From positions 1 to 64,000 of IMG/VR virus record IMGVR_UViG_3300036985_003303: a stretch of DNA of 64,000 nt. One strand, given 5' to 3'. Below the pieces are notes generated by a model. It ran no database searches, was not told the DNA's origin, and saw nothing but the letters and a program-made list of their open reading frames with translations. This document shows positions 1 to 10,531 of this stretch, piece after piece (positions within the stretch are counted from its first letter, which is position 1; every line of letters starts with the position of its first letter). The position numbers and the translations under genes were made by a program. This DNA is from a virus.

Positions 1-1044
1 TTCAGCTTCAAGTTGATTCCAATCTTCATCTTCTTCAGCATCTAGATCTACTGATGGTATTGAAACCTCTATGTCATTATCTACACCATATAACTGATGA
101 GCAAGTTCATCTTCAGTTAAAACATCTTCCTCAGATTCATTTGTGTCTAGAATGTTTTCTTCTGACTGGTGCACAACTGGTATAATTTCTACCTCTTCTT
201 GCACCGCTTGATTATCAAGGAGTTGCTCTTCAGGTTCTGAAGCAATTAGCAAATCCAAAATCTCTACAATTTCATCATTGACTACATTTACTTCCATGTC
301 ACCTGCTTCATTTTCATTCTCTAGTTCTATAGAAGCAATGTTATAAAGAACTTGAACATAGCTATTAATGTCCATCTGTTGTCTGTACCAATTTTTTGGT
401 GCTTGATCAACAATACCAAACATAATCATCTTGTAAAGTTCCCATAAAGTCCCTTTGTCAGTGTAATCAAATGATGGTTTTTCATATTCTCTTTTGATGA
501 CATTGATTTGCTCTGAAGAAATAATCTGTTTGTCAAAATAAAGAAGCCCAAGTAATTTTGCATACTCTTTTCTGCTTACATGAATTGACTTAAACTTGTT
601 CTTCATGTTTACAATCTCAGCAAAGTGATCATCTGCTGATGCAACCATGGCTTCGATAACTTCCATAGTTTCTTCTAAAGCTGTACCGGTATGCTTTCTA
701 TTCCAAGATGCTTGATTGTTTGTAGAAACAAAAGGAACTTGGTTATCATAAATAAAACCACCAATTGAACAACTGAATCGCACCATCTTGTTGTAGGAAT
801 TGGTCCAGTTGAAGGTCATTGCCATATCTGGATCATTCAATGTTTCAATTTGCATAAATCCTAATGCAACATCTCCGTTTGATTCTGCTTTATATAATTC
901 ATTTGTTACAATGAATCCGTGCTTTGCTAGCATCTCTCTCACAGTGTCAATGATGTCACCGTGAGAAATTACTGTGTAAGACTTTGTTGCAACAGGAAGT
1001 TGCGTTTTTCTTAGATACTCTTCTGTTTGTGTTTTTGATACCAT
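1..1044 (-). CDS. DUF932-like phage protein with acidic C-terminal tail (truncated by window edge)
   Basis: ATG at 1044 and no stop found in my translation down to position 1 (absent from ORF track). Reads MVSKTQTEEYLRKTQLPVATKSYTVISHGDII...TNSYNKMVRFSCSIGGF...RKHTG, matching the DUF932 pattern. Confidence 0.65.
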   Translation of the reverse strand, partial: MVSKTQTEEYLRKTQLPVATKSYTVISHGDIIDTVREMLAKHGFIVTNELYKAESNGDVALGFMQIETLNDPDMAMTFNWTNSYNKMVRFSCSIGGFIYDNQVPFVSTNNQASWNRKHTGTALEETMEVIEAMVASADDHFAEIVNMKNKFKSIHVSRKEYAKLLGLLYFDKQIISSEQINVIKREYEKPSFDYTDKGTLWELYKMIMFGIVDQAPKNWYRQQMDINSYVQVLYNIASIELENENEAGDMEVNVVNDEIVEILDLLIASEPEEQLLDNQAVQEEVEIIPVVHQSEENILDTNESEEDVLTEDELAHQLYGVDNDIEVSIPSVDLDAEEDEDWNQLEAE

Positions 1045-1045
1045 A

Positions 1046-3025
1046 CTAAAATAATGTTTCTTGATTTGTGGGTTCAATCTTTCTGATTTCTTTGTTGATT
1101 TCTCTCAGATAAAATTGAGTGTCAATTTCATAGTCTTTAAACTCTTTGTCTTCAAACTTATTCATGATCCGTTCAAGACTCTTAGATGCTTCAACCTTGA
1201 TAACTTTGTCATCTTTAACTTTTAAGATCTTACAGCCTTTTGTTGACATATAATATCTTAGTGTTTTCTGAGCCGCAGTTCTATCTAATCTATTATCTGT
1301 AAAACAAGTTAGATGGAATTTAAATCCACCAATTGCTCTAGTACCAGCACAATAGTCATAGATGTTTTTGTTTTCTTCCAATGTCTTTTCAGCATTTTGG
1401 TTGTGAACAAAATAGTTGTAGTAAGCCAAGCGTTTAATCCTGAAACTTTTGTTTTTATGAAGAGGTTTGTCAACTTCAAATCTACCTTTACTCTTAGTGT
1501 TAAACAAAAAATATTTATCATCTCTTGTTCTTTTTATAAGAGGTTTAGGAAAGTCATTCTTGATTTTATTGATGGCATCTTCTTTTGGAATTTCTTTGCC
1601 AGCAAAAATACCAATGTAATTGTTTACATCAGGAATGATAAGCTTTTCATATACTTCAAACTCTAATTGAAGCTTTGTTAATGCCTCCCATTTTTCACAT
1701 ATCTGATGATACAGTTCTTCATATTCACGCGGGATTATAATTTCACCGCCATCAGTATTAACCATGACTGGTCTTGCACCTGGAATAGATTCACATAGTT
1801 CTTCCATAAGCATTACAAGAAGTAACTGACCGTTGCAAGTAATTTTCATTGTAAACATGCTGTCCTTTAGGAAAGAGTTATCTTCATTAGACAAGCCGTA
1901 AGTTGAGTTCAGCAAAATTTTGTACACATAATTCAATGGATCTTTTTTGCTGTACTTTTTCCTGTCTTCAAAGAATCCTTCATAGATTTCACAGAAAGCT
2001 TCTCTGTTTATGTGAGCTGGGGACCAGTTGTTTCTGATAGATAGATTTGGATAAAATGAAGTTACATCAAATGATTTAATGATGAAATCTTTATCTGATT
2101 TGTAAATACCTTTCTTAGCACCATGAATGCCACCCAATGCAAATGAAAACTCTAGACCTTTATAAGTAACTTTGTGTTGGAAACTACCTTTTAGATTTTC
2201 TCCATCCAGTTTAAGCTTTTTGAATTTTGATAATGTAGCTTTTAGTTCCGGAGTTTTAAACTCAATGTATGGAAGTATAGCTTCATTCAAATCAATTACT
2301 TTTCTGTAAGTCTTTTTCTTTTTTAATTCATACTCTGGAATACCTAGTTTCTGAGAAAGCAGTTTAAGAAAAATACTTTTTGCCAATTTGGGTTCTGAGT
2401 GGTTTGTCAAATTCATTTCAAAATGGTTTGACAGATCTCCTCTAAGCAATATTTCTGCTTTGTTCTTAAAGAACAGTTCCCTTGTAGATAGACAGTCATT
2501 GATACAGTACTTCAACAACATAAGGATTTCCTTGTCATTGTGAGGTTTGCTGTGGTCTGTGCTCATGTCTTCTACATTGTGCCAGTCCATGCTATACTGC
2601 AGCCATTTAAGGCTACAGCGTTTAGCAGGATTGTCATAATTGTTTATGGCTAAAATATCACATTCTCTGAATGGGTTATCTTTTGGATTGTACAATGGAA
2701 ACTCTTTGGCATTACTTCTTCTAATTACATCTTGTGCAATCAAATAAGTTGACGCGGCAATATGGCTACCTGTTGAATTTTTGTGTGTACTCCAGTTGTA
2801 TAGTAGATATTGAGAAATCTGAGTATCAAACTTTAATCCGTTGTATGAAATCAGCATTGTTTTGTTATTAATGCAGCTGTGAATGAACTCAATGTATTCT
2901 GTGTATTGATTCCGAGTGTCACTCACTTCAAATGAAATAATATCACTTGGTTTTTGGACATTTATAAACACTGCTAAAAAGCAATTTGCTACTGTTTCAT
3001 AGTCATATACATACGCTTTAGCCAT
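1046..3025 (-). CDS. polB: Family B DNA polymerase with 3'-5' exonuclease domain
   Basis: ExoI DYET, ExoII YNGLKFD, motif A DVTSFYPN, motif B KILLNSTYG, motif C NTDG; likely start MAKAYVYD at 3025. Confidence 0.95.
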   Translation of the reverse strand: MAKAYVYDYETVANCFLAVFINVQKPSDIISFEVSDTRNQYTEYIEFIHSCINNKTMLISYNGLKFDTQISQYLLYNWSTHKNSTGSHIAASTYLIAQDVIRRSNAKEFPLYNPKDNPFRECDILAINNYDNPAKRCSLKWLQYSMDWHNVEDMSTDHSKPHNDKEILMLLKYCINDCLSTRELFFKNKAEILLRGDLSNHFEMNLTNHSEPKLAKSIFLKLLSQKLGIPEYELKKKKTYRKVIDLNEAILPYIEFKTPELKATLSKFKKLKLDGENLKGSFQHKVTYKGLEFSFALGGIHGAKKGIYKSDKDFIIKSFDVTSFYPNLSIRNNWSPAHINREAFCEIYEGFFEDRKKYSKKDPLNYVYKILLNSTYGLSNEDNSFLKDSMFTMKITCNGQLLLVMLMEELCESIPGARPVMVNTDGGEIIIPREYEELYHQICEKWEALTKLQLEFEVYEKLIIPDVNNYIGIFAGKEIPKEDAINKIKNDFPKPLIKRTRDDKYFLFNTKSKGRFEVDKPLHKNKSFRIKRLAYYNYFVHNQNAEKTLEENKNIYDYCAGTRAIGGFKFHLTCFTDNRLDRTAAQKTLRYYMSTKGCKILKVKDDKVIKVEASKSLERIMNKFEDKEFKDYEIDTQFYLREINKEIRKIEPTNQETLF

Positions 3026-3035
3026 AATTATTAGT

Positions 3036-3587
3036 TTAACATGCAGCCCATGCAATGAATTTGTATAGACCTAATTTTTCAGTTGTTGACTTTTTATATG
3101 TGACAGTTGCACATTGACTATTGCCTTCAATAAGTTCTTTAGCAATAATTATTTTTACATTGACATCTGGATTAGCTTCAACATAAGTTCTTGCTTTTTT
3201 GATACAAACTGTTTGGCTTTTATCTCTTGCAACTTCTCGTTGATCCCATGTAGTTACTGCTTTGTATACAGTTTCCCACTTACGAGTTCCTTTTTGAGGA
3301 GTTACATCTACTTGAGATTTAACTTTGTTTTTATTTTCTACAGGTGTTTCCATGCAAAACCCCCAAGCTTCACGCTTACTTGCATTGTCTGCAATATATT
3401 CTTCAATATCTCTAAAACTTTTAGTTTTTGTCATTGAAGTAACATCTTTAGTCAAATCACAAGTATGTATTCCACCGGAGTAACCTTCTTGATGACCAAA
3501 GTAATCTTCATCATCTTGACATGCTCTTTTAAAAGCATCTTGAATATTTTTACCTCTTGCTGTTCTATAAATTAGTTCTGCTCCCAT
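3036..3587 (-). CDS. Hypothetical phage protein
   Basis: 183-aa ORF tightly packed in the operon. Confidence 0.7.
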   Translation of the reverse strand: MGAELIYRTARGKNIQDAFKRACQDDEDYFGHQEGYSGGIHTCDLTKDVTSMTKTKSFRDIEEYIADNASKREAWGFCMETPVENKNKVKSQVDVTPQKGTRKWETVYKAVTTWDQREVARDKSQTVCIKKARTYVEANPDVNVKIIIAKELIEGNSQCATVTYKKSTTEKLGLYKFIAWAAC

Positions 3588-4009
3588 TTTTGTTTTTCTT
3601 TAGTTTCAATTAATACTTCTGCTAATCTTACTGTTTCCGGATCTGTGGAATATAACATCCGTGTGACTGTAGTGTATTCTTCTTCAGTCATATATTTTTC
3701 ATTGACCATTTCTGCGGCAAAAGAACTATAAATTCTAGTTCTTTGATTTTGAGTGGTTGCTAATAGATCAGTATAGTTATATCCTTTGTTAACTTTGGAT
3801 TGAATTAACTTATCATATACAGCTCTAGCTTTATAAAAGGGTAAAGGACTTTCATTTTTAGTTCCATGAACCAAAGTATTACCTCTTCTCCCATAAGCAA
3901 AATTTATATTCCAAAGATTACTTTTTGGAATTTTACAAAGTTCAGCTTGATAAACTTTGTCTGATTTGTAATCCATATAATGCAAATTTGTAGTTTGGAT
4001 TAGTTCCAT
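3572..4009 (-). CDS. WGR-domain protein with C-terminal SxDxE motif
   Basis: SDKVYQAEL...WNINFAYGRRG...ARAVYDKLIQSKVNKGY is the WGR-domain pattern. Confidence 0.8.
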   Translation of the reverse strand: MELIQTTNLHYMDYKSDKVYQAELCKIPKSNLWNINFAYGRRGNTLVHGTKNESPLPFYKARAVYDKLIQSKVNKGYNYTDLLATTQNQRTRIYSSFAAEMVNEKYMTEEEYTTVTRMLYSTDPETVRLAEVLIETKEKQKWEQN

Positions 4010-4215
4010 TACATTGATGATTTTTCAATTATTCCTTTTAATGTTGTTGCGCCTAACTTGCACACATCTTCTTCATCTGACTTCAAGTACTGAAGGATTC
4101 TTTCATACTGTTCATCATCAACTAAGCCATTTCTTTTGGCAAAGTTTAGTCTAATAATATCTGGATCTCTTGGTTTTCCTGAGCCAAAAACTTTACCTAA
4201 ATCAATTGTGCTCAT
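4009..4215 (-). CDS. Small hypothetical protein with SxDxE-like motif
   Basis: 68-aa ORF whose stop codon overlaps the WGR gene start. Confidence 0.6.
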   Translation of the reverse strand: MSTIDLGKVFGSGKPRDPDIIRLNFAKRNGLVDDEQYERILQYLKSDEEDVCKLGATTLKGIIEKSSM

Positions 4216-4230
4216 AAACTTGAATAAATA

Positions 4231-4265
4231 AAAAGTGCGAGAAACTAGAAGAATCTCGCACTTTT
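4231..4265 (-). terminator. Intrinsic terminator (possibly bidirectional)
   Basis: AAAAGTGCGAGA-11 nt-TCTCGCACTTTT perfect 12-bp stem just after the 4281 stop. Confidence 0.75.
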
Positions 4266-4280
4266 GTTAAGAATTGGTGC

Positions 4281-4685
4281 TTACTTTTTAGCCTTAGCTC
4301 TTGCTGCTTCAGGATTGATTACATTGCGGAAAGGAAAAGTATCTGCATTGTCTGCAAACTTTTCTACAAAAGCAATAATATCATCTTCATTTACAAGTGT
4401 GTACTCATAAAAAGTTTTGATTGCTTTTCTTTCTTCTTTGTAGTTCTTACCTACAACTTTTCGGCCTTTAGCAATTGCTGTATCTCCGTTGTCATCTAAC
4501 TTAGGAAACAAATGGAATGTATCCTTTTGGACTGTAGAAATAATTGCTAACTGTTTTTGATCTGGCACATAGATACACTCCACGAATGGACAAGTTTCAT
4601 TTGTTCTGATCATGCTAAACGTTGGCATGCCTCTGTGATCTTGCACAACTAACATCATGCTTTTTTGGTTGGTGTTTTCTGACAT
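4281..4685 (-). CDS. Hypothetical phage protein
   Basis: 134-aa ORF followed by a terminator. Confidence 0.7.
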   Translation of the reverse strand: MSENTNQKSMMLVVQDHRGMPTFSMIRTNETCPFVECIYVPDQKQLAIISTVQKDTFHLFPKLDDNGDTAIAKGRKVVGKNYKEERKAIKTFYEYTLVNEDDIIAFVEKFADNADTFPFRNVINPEAARAKAKK

Positions 4686-4694
4686 AGTATTTTC

Positions 4695-5720
4695 TTACAA
4701 AGATATTAAATTGTTTGCAAATTCATAAGGTAATGTAAAGTCTTTGCTTGTAATGTGATAATTGATTTTCTTGTTTACCATGTGGAACAATTCAGTAAAA
4801 TACTTTTCCATTGATGAATCTTCTACTGGAAAGCAATACACATCATTGTTTTGGTCAACCACAATAAAGTGAAAAATGATTTTGTAATCAAACGCGCGGC
4901 CTCTGAGTAAACTTTCAGCAAGAATCTTGTAGATGATTGGTTGCAACCAGTACTCATACTTTTCTGCAGATGTAACAAAGTCTTTTAGTTTTCCACCGTG
5001 CGTTTTAACATCACTGATATAAACAGTTTTGCTTTGGCGATCAACTTTGATTACATCCATGATACCTTTAACACCATACTGAAGTTCATCTGGTCTATGA
5101 GATAACTCAATTTCATATCGGACTTCATCATTTTCATTCACTGGTTTAAGCAAGAAGTTTGCTTTTTCACATGCAAGAATTGCTTCTGCTTTTGCATAGC
5201 ATTTATCCCATGATGCAACATCTACAATTGTTTTCTCGCGTCCTTCTACCATGATTCTAAAATACTCAATTGAGTTTTCAGTAATGATTTTTTCTATACG
5301 CTTTTCATCACCTGTTTTGAATGGAGCTTTCTTGTCATCTACTAATGATTGATGCAAGTTTACTTCTTTCAAGTAAGCAATGATTTCTTCATGATACTCA
5401 TCTAATTCAGATGCATCTCTTGCTAAAGATAAAAGATGTTCTATACAAAGACGAGTACTATCTGTAGGAACAGATATTCCCATGTTGACAAACTTTTCTT
5501 TGAGTTGTTCTGGTTCAAGAACCATGCAGTGAACTAATGATCCTTCATCAAAATGCTTTCCTGTTTTCACATCTTTCTCACCTAATACATAGTGTTTGAA
5601 ATATGTTTTTGGAGATTCAAGCATTAGCTTTAATGCACTTGGGCTGAGCATTAGGTTCTCAACATTAGCAAAGAATGCATCATAATTCATTTGCTGTACT
5701 TCATTTAACTCTTGTTTCAT
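4695..5720 (-). CDS. PD-(D/E)XK exonuclease, RecE/ExoVIII-like
   Basis: LSPSALK, GSLVHCMVLEP, KGIMDVI, SDVKT, YWLQPIIY motifs. Confidence 0.85.
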   Translation of the reverse strand: MKQELNEVQQMNYDAFFANVENLMLSPSALKLMLESPKTYFKHYVLGEKDVKTGKHFDEGSLVHCMVLEPEQLKEKFVNMGISVPTDSTRLCIEHLLSLARDASELDEYHEEIIAYLKEVNLHQSLVDDKKAPFKTGDEKRIEKIITENSIEYFRIMVEGREKTIVDVASWDKCYAKAEAILACEKANFLLKPVNENDEVRYEIELSHRPDELQYGVKGIMDVIKVDRQSKTVYISDVKTHGGKLKDFVTSAEKYEYWLQPIIYKILAESLLRGRAFDYKIIFHFIVVDQNNDVYCFPVEDSSMEKYFTELFHMVNKKINYHITSKDFTLPYEFANNLISL

Positions 5721-6688
5721 TTTCTTTTTAGTTTTAATTTGAAATCAAATACTGAACTCTTTTCCAGTTTTGGATGGTAATAGTTATCTGCAATCCTTTC
5801 TAGGATTTCATTTGAAGCATACCCAAACTTTTGTTCATACTCTTTTACAATAGTATCAGACCTTCTTTTGATTCCTGTTTCAATGTTGAATGCACCTTTT
5901 AATAAAGGAAGCACTGGAACATTTGGATTGTTTCTACGGATGTTGTCATCCATGTGATTAATCAAACAGATTAACTCTACAAAAGAATCATTTGGATTAA
6001 TAGTATTGAGCAAAGTCAATGCTACTTTTTCTGAGTCTTGTGATTGCAAAAGCATTTTGATTTTGTTTGATTCTTCAAGCGTTATACCCCGGTTTTTAGC
6101 ATGGTTCAAGACTTCTTTTAACTCAATAGCTTTTTTGTTAGTAGGTATAATCATTCCAGATAAATTAACAACGTTGTTTACATCATGATTGTCACCTCTA
6201 TCCCATTGAGTTTGTGATTGCCTCCAGCTTGATCTACCATAATGTTTGTATGTCATTTGAACATAGTCATCTTCAGAAATCAAATCAAATTCTAATGCAT
6301 TTTGTAATAGTTGTTTTGCTTTTAGACAATAACTATCCCAAAAATCTAATTCTAATACATCTTTAACTTTTTGAAGACAGTACTTTTCTGAATCTTGATG
6401 ACTAAAAACATAATAGTCACAACCAAGGGCTTGAACTTTTCCAGATAGTAATTTAGCATCTGTCATTAGATACTTTCTTACCGCTAAATTAACATAGAGT
6501 GTTTTAGTTTTGTCTTTAACAATACTTTCTACATCTTCATTAATTATTTTTTCATTGATAAGTGCTGCCGTACTTGAATCAAAAATCAACTTATTGACTT
6601 TTAAATCAGTGTCATGGCATTCATAATCGTCAAGAACTACCGCGAAACAAGTCCGCGGTAGTGTCACAACATTTATTGATGAAATCAT
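5717..6688 (-). CDS. Hypothetical protein with internal SxDxE motif, downstream of MoxR
   Basis: 323-aa ORF overlapping its neighbours at both ends. Confidence 0.7.
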   Translation of the reverse strand: MISSINVVTLPRTCFAVVLDDYECHDTDLKVNKLIFDSSTAALINEKIINEDVESIVKDKTKTLYVNLAVRKYLMTDAKLLSGKVQALGCDYYVFSHQDSEKYCLQKVKDVLELDFWDSYCLKAKQLLQNALEFDLISEDDYVQMTYKHYGRSSWRQSQTQWDRGDNHDVNNVVNLSGMIIPTNKKAIELKEVLNHAKNRGITLEESNKIKMLLQSQDSEKVALTLLNTINPNDSFVELICLINHMDDNIRRNNPNVPVLPLLKGAFNIETGIKRRSDTIVKEYEQKFGYASNEILERIADNYYHPKLEKSSVFDFKLKLKRK

Positions 6689-7884
6689 TATTCTAAAATT
6701 ACATTTACAAATTCATCTTCAAGCATAAGTACATTGTATTTGTTGCTTGAGTTGACTACTTTCTTAGCCAATACAAACTTCAAGTCAGATCCTAATGCTT
6801 TACCAACAACCAAATCTTTTACTCTTTCAATAAATGCAGGAGTAATTTCTTTGTCTTTCACGGTATGAACCATGTGGTTAATCAATCTGGTAGTTAATAC
6901 ATAACCAAGATCAGCTCTGTAGTCTTTACCTTCTTTAACCAACTCTTTGATTTTAACTTGAATAGTATCAAAGCTAACTTTTGTATCCAAAATTTCAGCA
7001 GGTGAAATCATTTTATCCAACTTATTATGGATGAATGATGTAAACATTGTTGTAATTTCTGGACCAACTGCGCCTTCACCAATGTTCTGGATAAGCATCA
7101 GTTGTTTGTCAAAGTCCTTGATTGTTCTTAAAGAATTGTAGAACTTCACCAAACTTCTTGGATTTACTACAGGATTGTCATCTTTGATAATCTCTTTACC
7201 ATGTAACAAAGTAAAGTTAATTGCACGTTGGTCAATACCTGATTTTTCAGCCCACTCAGCCCAAACTTCTGGCTCCCATCTCATATCAAAGGTAATGTAT
7301 CTTGACTTTGCAGCAGCATCAATGTCTGTTACATTGTAAGTACCGTCATCTGGATTTTCTGTAAGAAGAATAGTCCACCCTTTTGGTAACGCCCAAGAAA
7401 TGTAGCGTTGCTTGTCAATGATTTCCATTACAGCTTGCATAAAGCGTGGTGCTGCTCTAGTGTAATCATCTAAGATAAGTACACCGTTTTCTCCCTTACC
7501 TGCAATCCAAGCTGGCTTAGCATAGCTCATTCGGCTTTGTCCATTAGCTTTCCATCCCTGTGCAGCAAAGGAATCCATGACTTTTTCATCAACCCATTTA
7601 CCCACTTGTGTATCGCCTTGCTTAGCAACCATCTGATATTCCTTAATTGGAATACCAACTAAGTCACCTAACTCATCTAGCTGAGCTAAGTTGATAATTT
7701 CTACATGTTTTATATTTAGCTCTTCAGCTAATTGTTCCACTACGGATGTCTTTCCTAATCCTGCTGCACCACAAATTGAGATAGCAACTGGTTTCAATCC
7801 ATCTTCTTGGATTGCTCTATTGTTTGTAATCAAGTGAGTCAATGTTTCTTTTAACTCTTTGCTGTTTAACTGTACTTTGTTCAT
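6688..7884 (-). CDS. MoxR-like AAA+ ATPase
   Basis: Walker A GAAGLGKTS, Walker B LILDD, TENP sensor, NPRS; likely start MNKVQL at 7884; adjacent VWA gene. Confidence 0.85.
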   Translation of the reverse strand: MNKVQLNSKELKETLTHLITNNRAIQEDGLKPVAISICGAAGLGKTSVVEQLAEELNIKHVEIINLAQLDELGDLVGIPIKEYQMVAKQGDTQVGKWVDEKVMDSFAAQGWKANGQSRMSYAKPAWIAGKGENGVLILDDYTRAAPRFMQAVMEIIDKQRYISWALPKGWTILLTENPDDGTYNVTDIDAAAKSRYITFDMRWEPEVWAEWAEKSGIDQRAINFTLLHGKEIIKDDNPVVNPRSLVKFYNSLRTIKDFDKQLMLIQNIGEGAVGPEITTMFTSFIHNKLDKMISPAEILDTKVSFDTIQVKIKELVKEGKDYRADLGYVLTTRLINHMVHTVKDKEITPAFIERVKDLVVGKALGSDLKFVLAKKVVNSSNKYNVLMLEDEFVNVILE

Positions 7885-7901
7885 AACTCTTAATTTAACT
7901 T

Positions 7902-9131
7902 TTAATTTAACTTGATTGTTTTTCCTGGTAAATGATCTGTGTCCTGACATTTTGTAGATAATACCCACAACATGTTTTTAACTGGCGCATTTGGAGCAGG
8001 ACATTCTCCATCTGTAAGATAAATGAGTGTAGTGTATTTCTTTCTGTGTTGTATGTAATAATCTACAACAGGATTGAAATCAGTACCTCCTCTTTTCTTA
8101 ATAACCAAAGGAATGTTTGGTCTATATTTTACTGGATCTTGCATCTGTGTGTCTGCAAAAACCAATGTAAAATCATGTCCACACTTGTACATGTGGTGAA
8201 TTTCATGCATAAACTCTTTAATTTCATCATCAGATACTGAAGCAGAACTGTCAATTGCAATTAAGATGGTTGAAAATTCCTGAACTTTGATTCCAAAATC
8301 TAATTCAAACCGCTTGCTTTGTTTTCTTTTGGTTTTACGCATGCTGTTTTTAGAACTGTTCCCAATGTATCTTCTCAAGTAAGCTTTCCAATTAAACTTT
8401 GGTGGTTCAATTACTTTTAAAGCTTCTAACTTTTGTAAGACCTCTCTAGGTATCGTACCCCGCATCTTTTGCACTTGCTCAACAACTTCATCCAACATGA
8501 CTTCAAGTTGCTTGTCAACGAGTTTCTGTTGTGTTTCTGATAGGTCATCGAAGTCATCCCATTGGTGATTAGGAACACGCATGTTGTTTTTACCTTGATT
8601 GGTTACTTGCATAGATCCATTAGCAACAGCATCTTTAATGGCATCAAGTAAACTTTGACCTTGTCCGCTACCTTTACCTGTTCCTGGCCCATTTCTTTCA
8701 CTTTCTCTGTTTAGTTTTTCATAGTAAACATTTGTTCCTTCGTCAGGAAGCAAGTCATAATCACTAAATTTTTCAAGTGTACAGCCATCTGGTGGTAAAT
8801 AATTGGGATCAATCTTTTGATTAATCTCAACATCTTGTGCAGTATTTGCTAACTCATGGTTTTTGAGATGCTTGTATTCTGTAATATGAAAGAATGCAAT
8901 ATGCATTAATTCGTGCTGAAGCAAACCTTTCTTCTGGTCTTCAGACAATGTTTGCCAAAATTCCGGATTAATATACAACTTGTAGTTGATTCCTTCTAGT
9001 CCAACACCGGCTGTTGGTACTTTGTCTGTCCATTCTTTGTTAAGATTTAGAAGCAGTAGCCCATAAAATGGCTGTTCTAGCATTAAGTCTTTACAAATCT
9101 TCGTGAGATTTTGTTGGAGGTTTACTGACAT
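7902..9131 (-). CDS. DUF2201-type metallopeptidase-like plus VWA domain protein (MoxR partner)
   Basis: LLQHELMH (HExxH), MIDAS-like DSSAS, RGGTDF, YLTDG. Confidence 0.85.
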   Translation of the reverse strand: MSVNLQQNLTKICKDLMLEQPFYGLLLLNLNKEWTDKVPTAGVGLEGINYKLYINPEFWQTLSEDQKKGLLQHELMHIAFFHITEYKHLKNHELANTAQDVEINQKIDPNYLPPDGCTLEKFSDYDLLPDEGTNVYYEKLNRESERNGPGTGKGSGQGQSLLDAIKDAVANGSMQVTNQGKNNMRVPNHQWDDFDDLSETQQKLVDKQLEVMLDEVVEQVQKMRGTIPREVLQKLEALKVIEPPKFNWKAYLRRYIGNSSKNSMRKTKRKQSKRFELDFGIKVQEFSTILIAIDSSASVSDDEIKEFMHEIHHMYKCGHDFTLVFADTQMQDPVKYRPNIPLVIKKRGGTDFNPVVDYYIQHRKKYTTLIYLTDGECPAPNAPVKNMLWVLSTKCQDTDHLPGKTIKLN

Positions 9132-9513
9132 TTAACTGTGGTATTTGTGATTTAATTGATTTTCTTATCTCTGAAGTCCATGTACTTGACATTAAACTGT
9201 AAAGATATTCATTGTAATAAACAAAGAATTTTTCTATACTTGAATGTGAAGGACAATTATTTTGAATGTAACTTACCATTTTAGCTAAACACTCCATCGC
9301 TGGAGTATAAGATGGCCATTCTAACAGATCTGTCATTTTTTTATCCAAGTCTTCATCTGCTTTAATTGAACTTTTGATTGGTTCTAAAGTCAAATACCAA
9401 TATAAAGCATTGTCTTTGTCTAACACAGATAGCAGTGCTAGTTGACCAAGCTTATGGTTTTCTACATCTTTGGATTCAAGAAGTCTTTTTATTTTTTTCT
9501 CCTGCGATTGCAT
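9091..9513 (-). CDS. Hypothetical protein with N-terminal SxDxE motif
   Basis: 140-aa ORF between primase and VWA gene. Confidence 0.7.
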   Translation of the reverse strand: MQSQEKKIKRLLESKDVENHKLGQLALLSVLDKDNALYWYLTLEPIKSSIKADEDLDKKMTDLLEWPSYTPAMECLAKMVSYIQNNCPSHSSIEKFFVYYNEYLYSLMSSTWTSEIRKSIKSQIPQLNVSKPPTKSHEDL

Positions 9514-10474
9514 TTTTTAGGATTGGGATTAAAAATACTTTTGTGCTTGCAACACCATGTTGCTTGACACATTCTGCAATGTCTTTTTCTACATTGAAAT
9601 AAATGTAAGATATATCATACAAATCTTTGTAGTGTTTCATTGCTTTCATGCCTGCGATGTCATTGTCAAATAGAGTGAATACAAATTCATATTCTTGTCG
9701 GTACTTGTCAATCTGTGCTTGAGTGATAGTAACATTCTCGCTGTCGGGAGCTACAAGCTCAATCTGATTGAACTTGAGTGCCTTGAATGCACCGATGTCT
9801 TTCAGAGATGATGCAATGATTAGACAACGCGCCTTGTATGTGAGTTGTTCTTCACCTTGCGTATATTCTCTAAGCTTTAAGAACTTTGCTACCTTTCGCG
9901 TTGGCTGATAGATTTTGCATAGCTCTCCTGCATTATTGAAATAACCATAACACATGTTCTGAGCAAAGTTCATTTCTTCTACTCCGTCTTCTTTTGTAAT
10001 GGTAATGGTATATTCTCCTAGTGGCTTTATGTTATAGTTCTTTAAGAAAGAACCACCTATTCCAAATTGTTTCCAGAACGCAGCATCAGCATTAGTCCAT
10101 TTACGGATTGTGTACTTGTTGACTTCTCTGATTTCTTTGGAGGCGGTATTAATGTATTTAGGGATTTCTGTATCATTCTTAAAAAGATCTAGGATTTGCC
10201 TATAGCCATTTTGCCTATCTGATAAGTTGTAGAGTTCTAATACTATATCAACAGCATCACCATAGTTCCCTGAAGAAAAATCTTTAAAGCGATATATTTG
10301 TTCATCATCTGAGAAAAACAAAATCATTGAAGGATCATTGTCTGCCTTGTTAAAGATAGATTTGATTTTAACTGACTGTCCTTCTAATGCTTCTTCAAGA
10401 TTTAAAATTCTTTCCATGATCCTGTTACTAGGTATAGGAAAGTTTTTGTTAGTGTAATAAACTGTGTGTATCAT
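9476..10474 (-). CDS. DNA primase (TOPRIM, DnaG-like)
   Basis: FKDFSSGNYGDAVD, IIASSLKD, LFDNDIAG (TOPRIM DxD); replication context. Confidence 0.8.
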   Translation of the reverse strand: MIHTVYYTNKNFPIPSNRIMERILNLEEALEGQSVKIKSIFNKADNDPSMILFFSDDEQIYRFKDFSSGNYGDAVDIVLELYNLSDRQNGYRQILDLFKNDTEIPKYINTASKEIREVNKYTIRKWTNADAAFWKQFGIGGSFLKNYNIKPLGEYTITITKEDGVEEMNFAQNMCYGYFNNAGELCKIYQPTRKVAKFLKLREYTQGEEQLTYKARCLIIASSLKDIGAFKALKFNQIELVAPDSENVTITQAQIDKYRQEYEFVFTLFDNDIAGMKAMKHYKDLYDISYIYFNVEKDIAECVKQHGVASTKVFLIPILKNAIAGEKNKKTS

Positions 10475-10483
10475 AACTAAAAT

Positions 10484-10515
10484 AAAAAAGGCGGGCTAAA
10501 TTAATAACCCGCCTT
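10484..10515 (-). terminator. Intrinsic terminator
   Basis: AAGGCGGG-12 nt-CCCGCCTT with an A-run on the plus strand, after the SSB-like gene. Confidence 0.7.
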
Positions 10516-10531
10516 GTGTTATTGGAAAAGA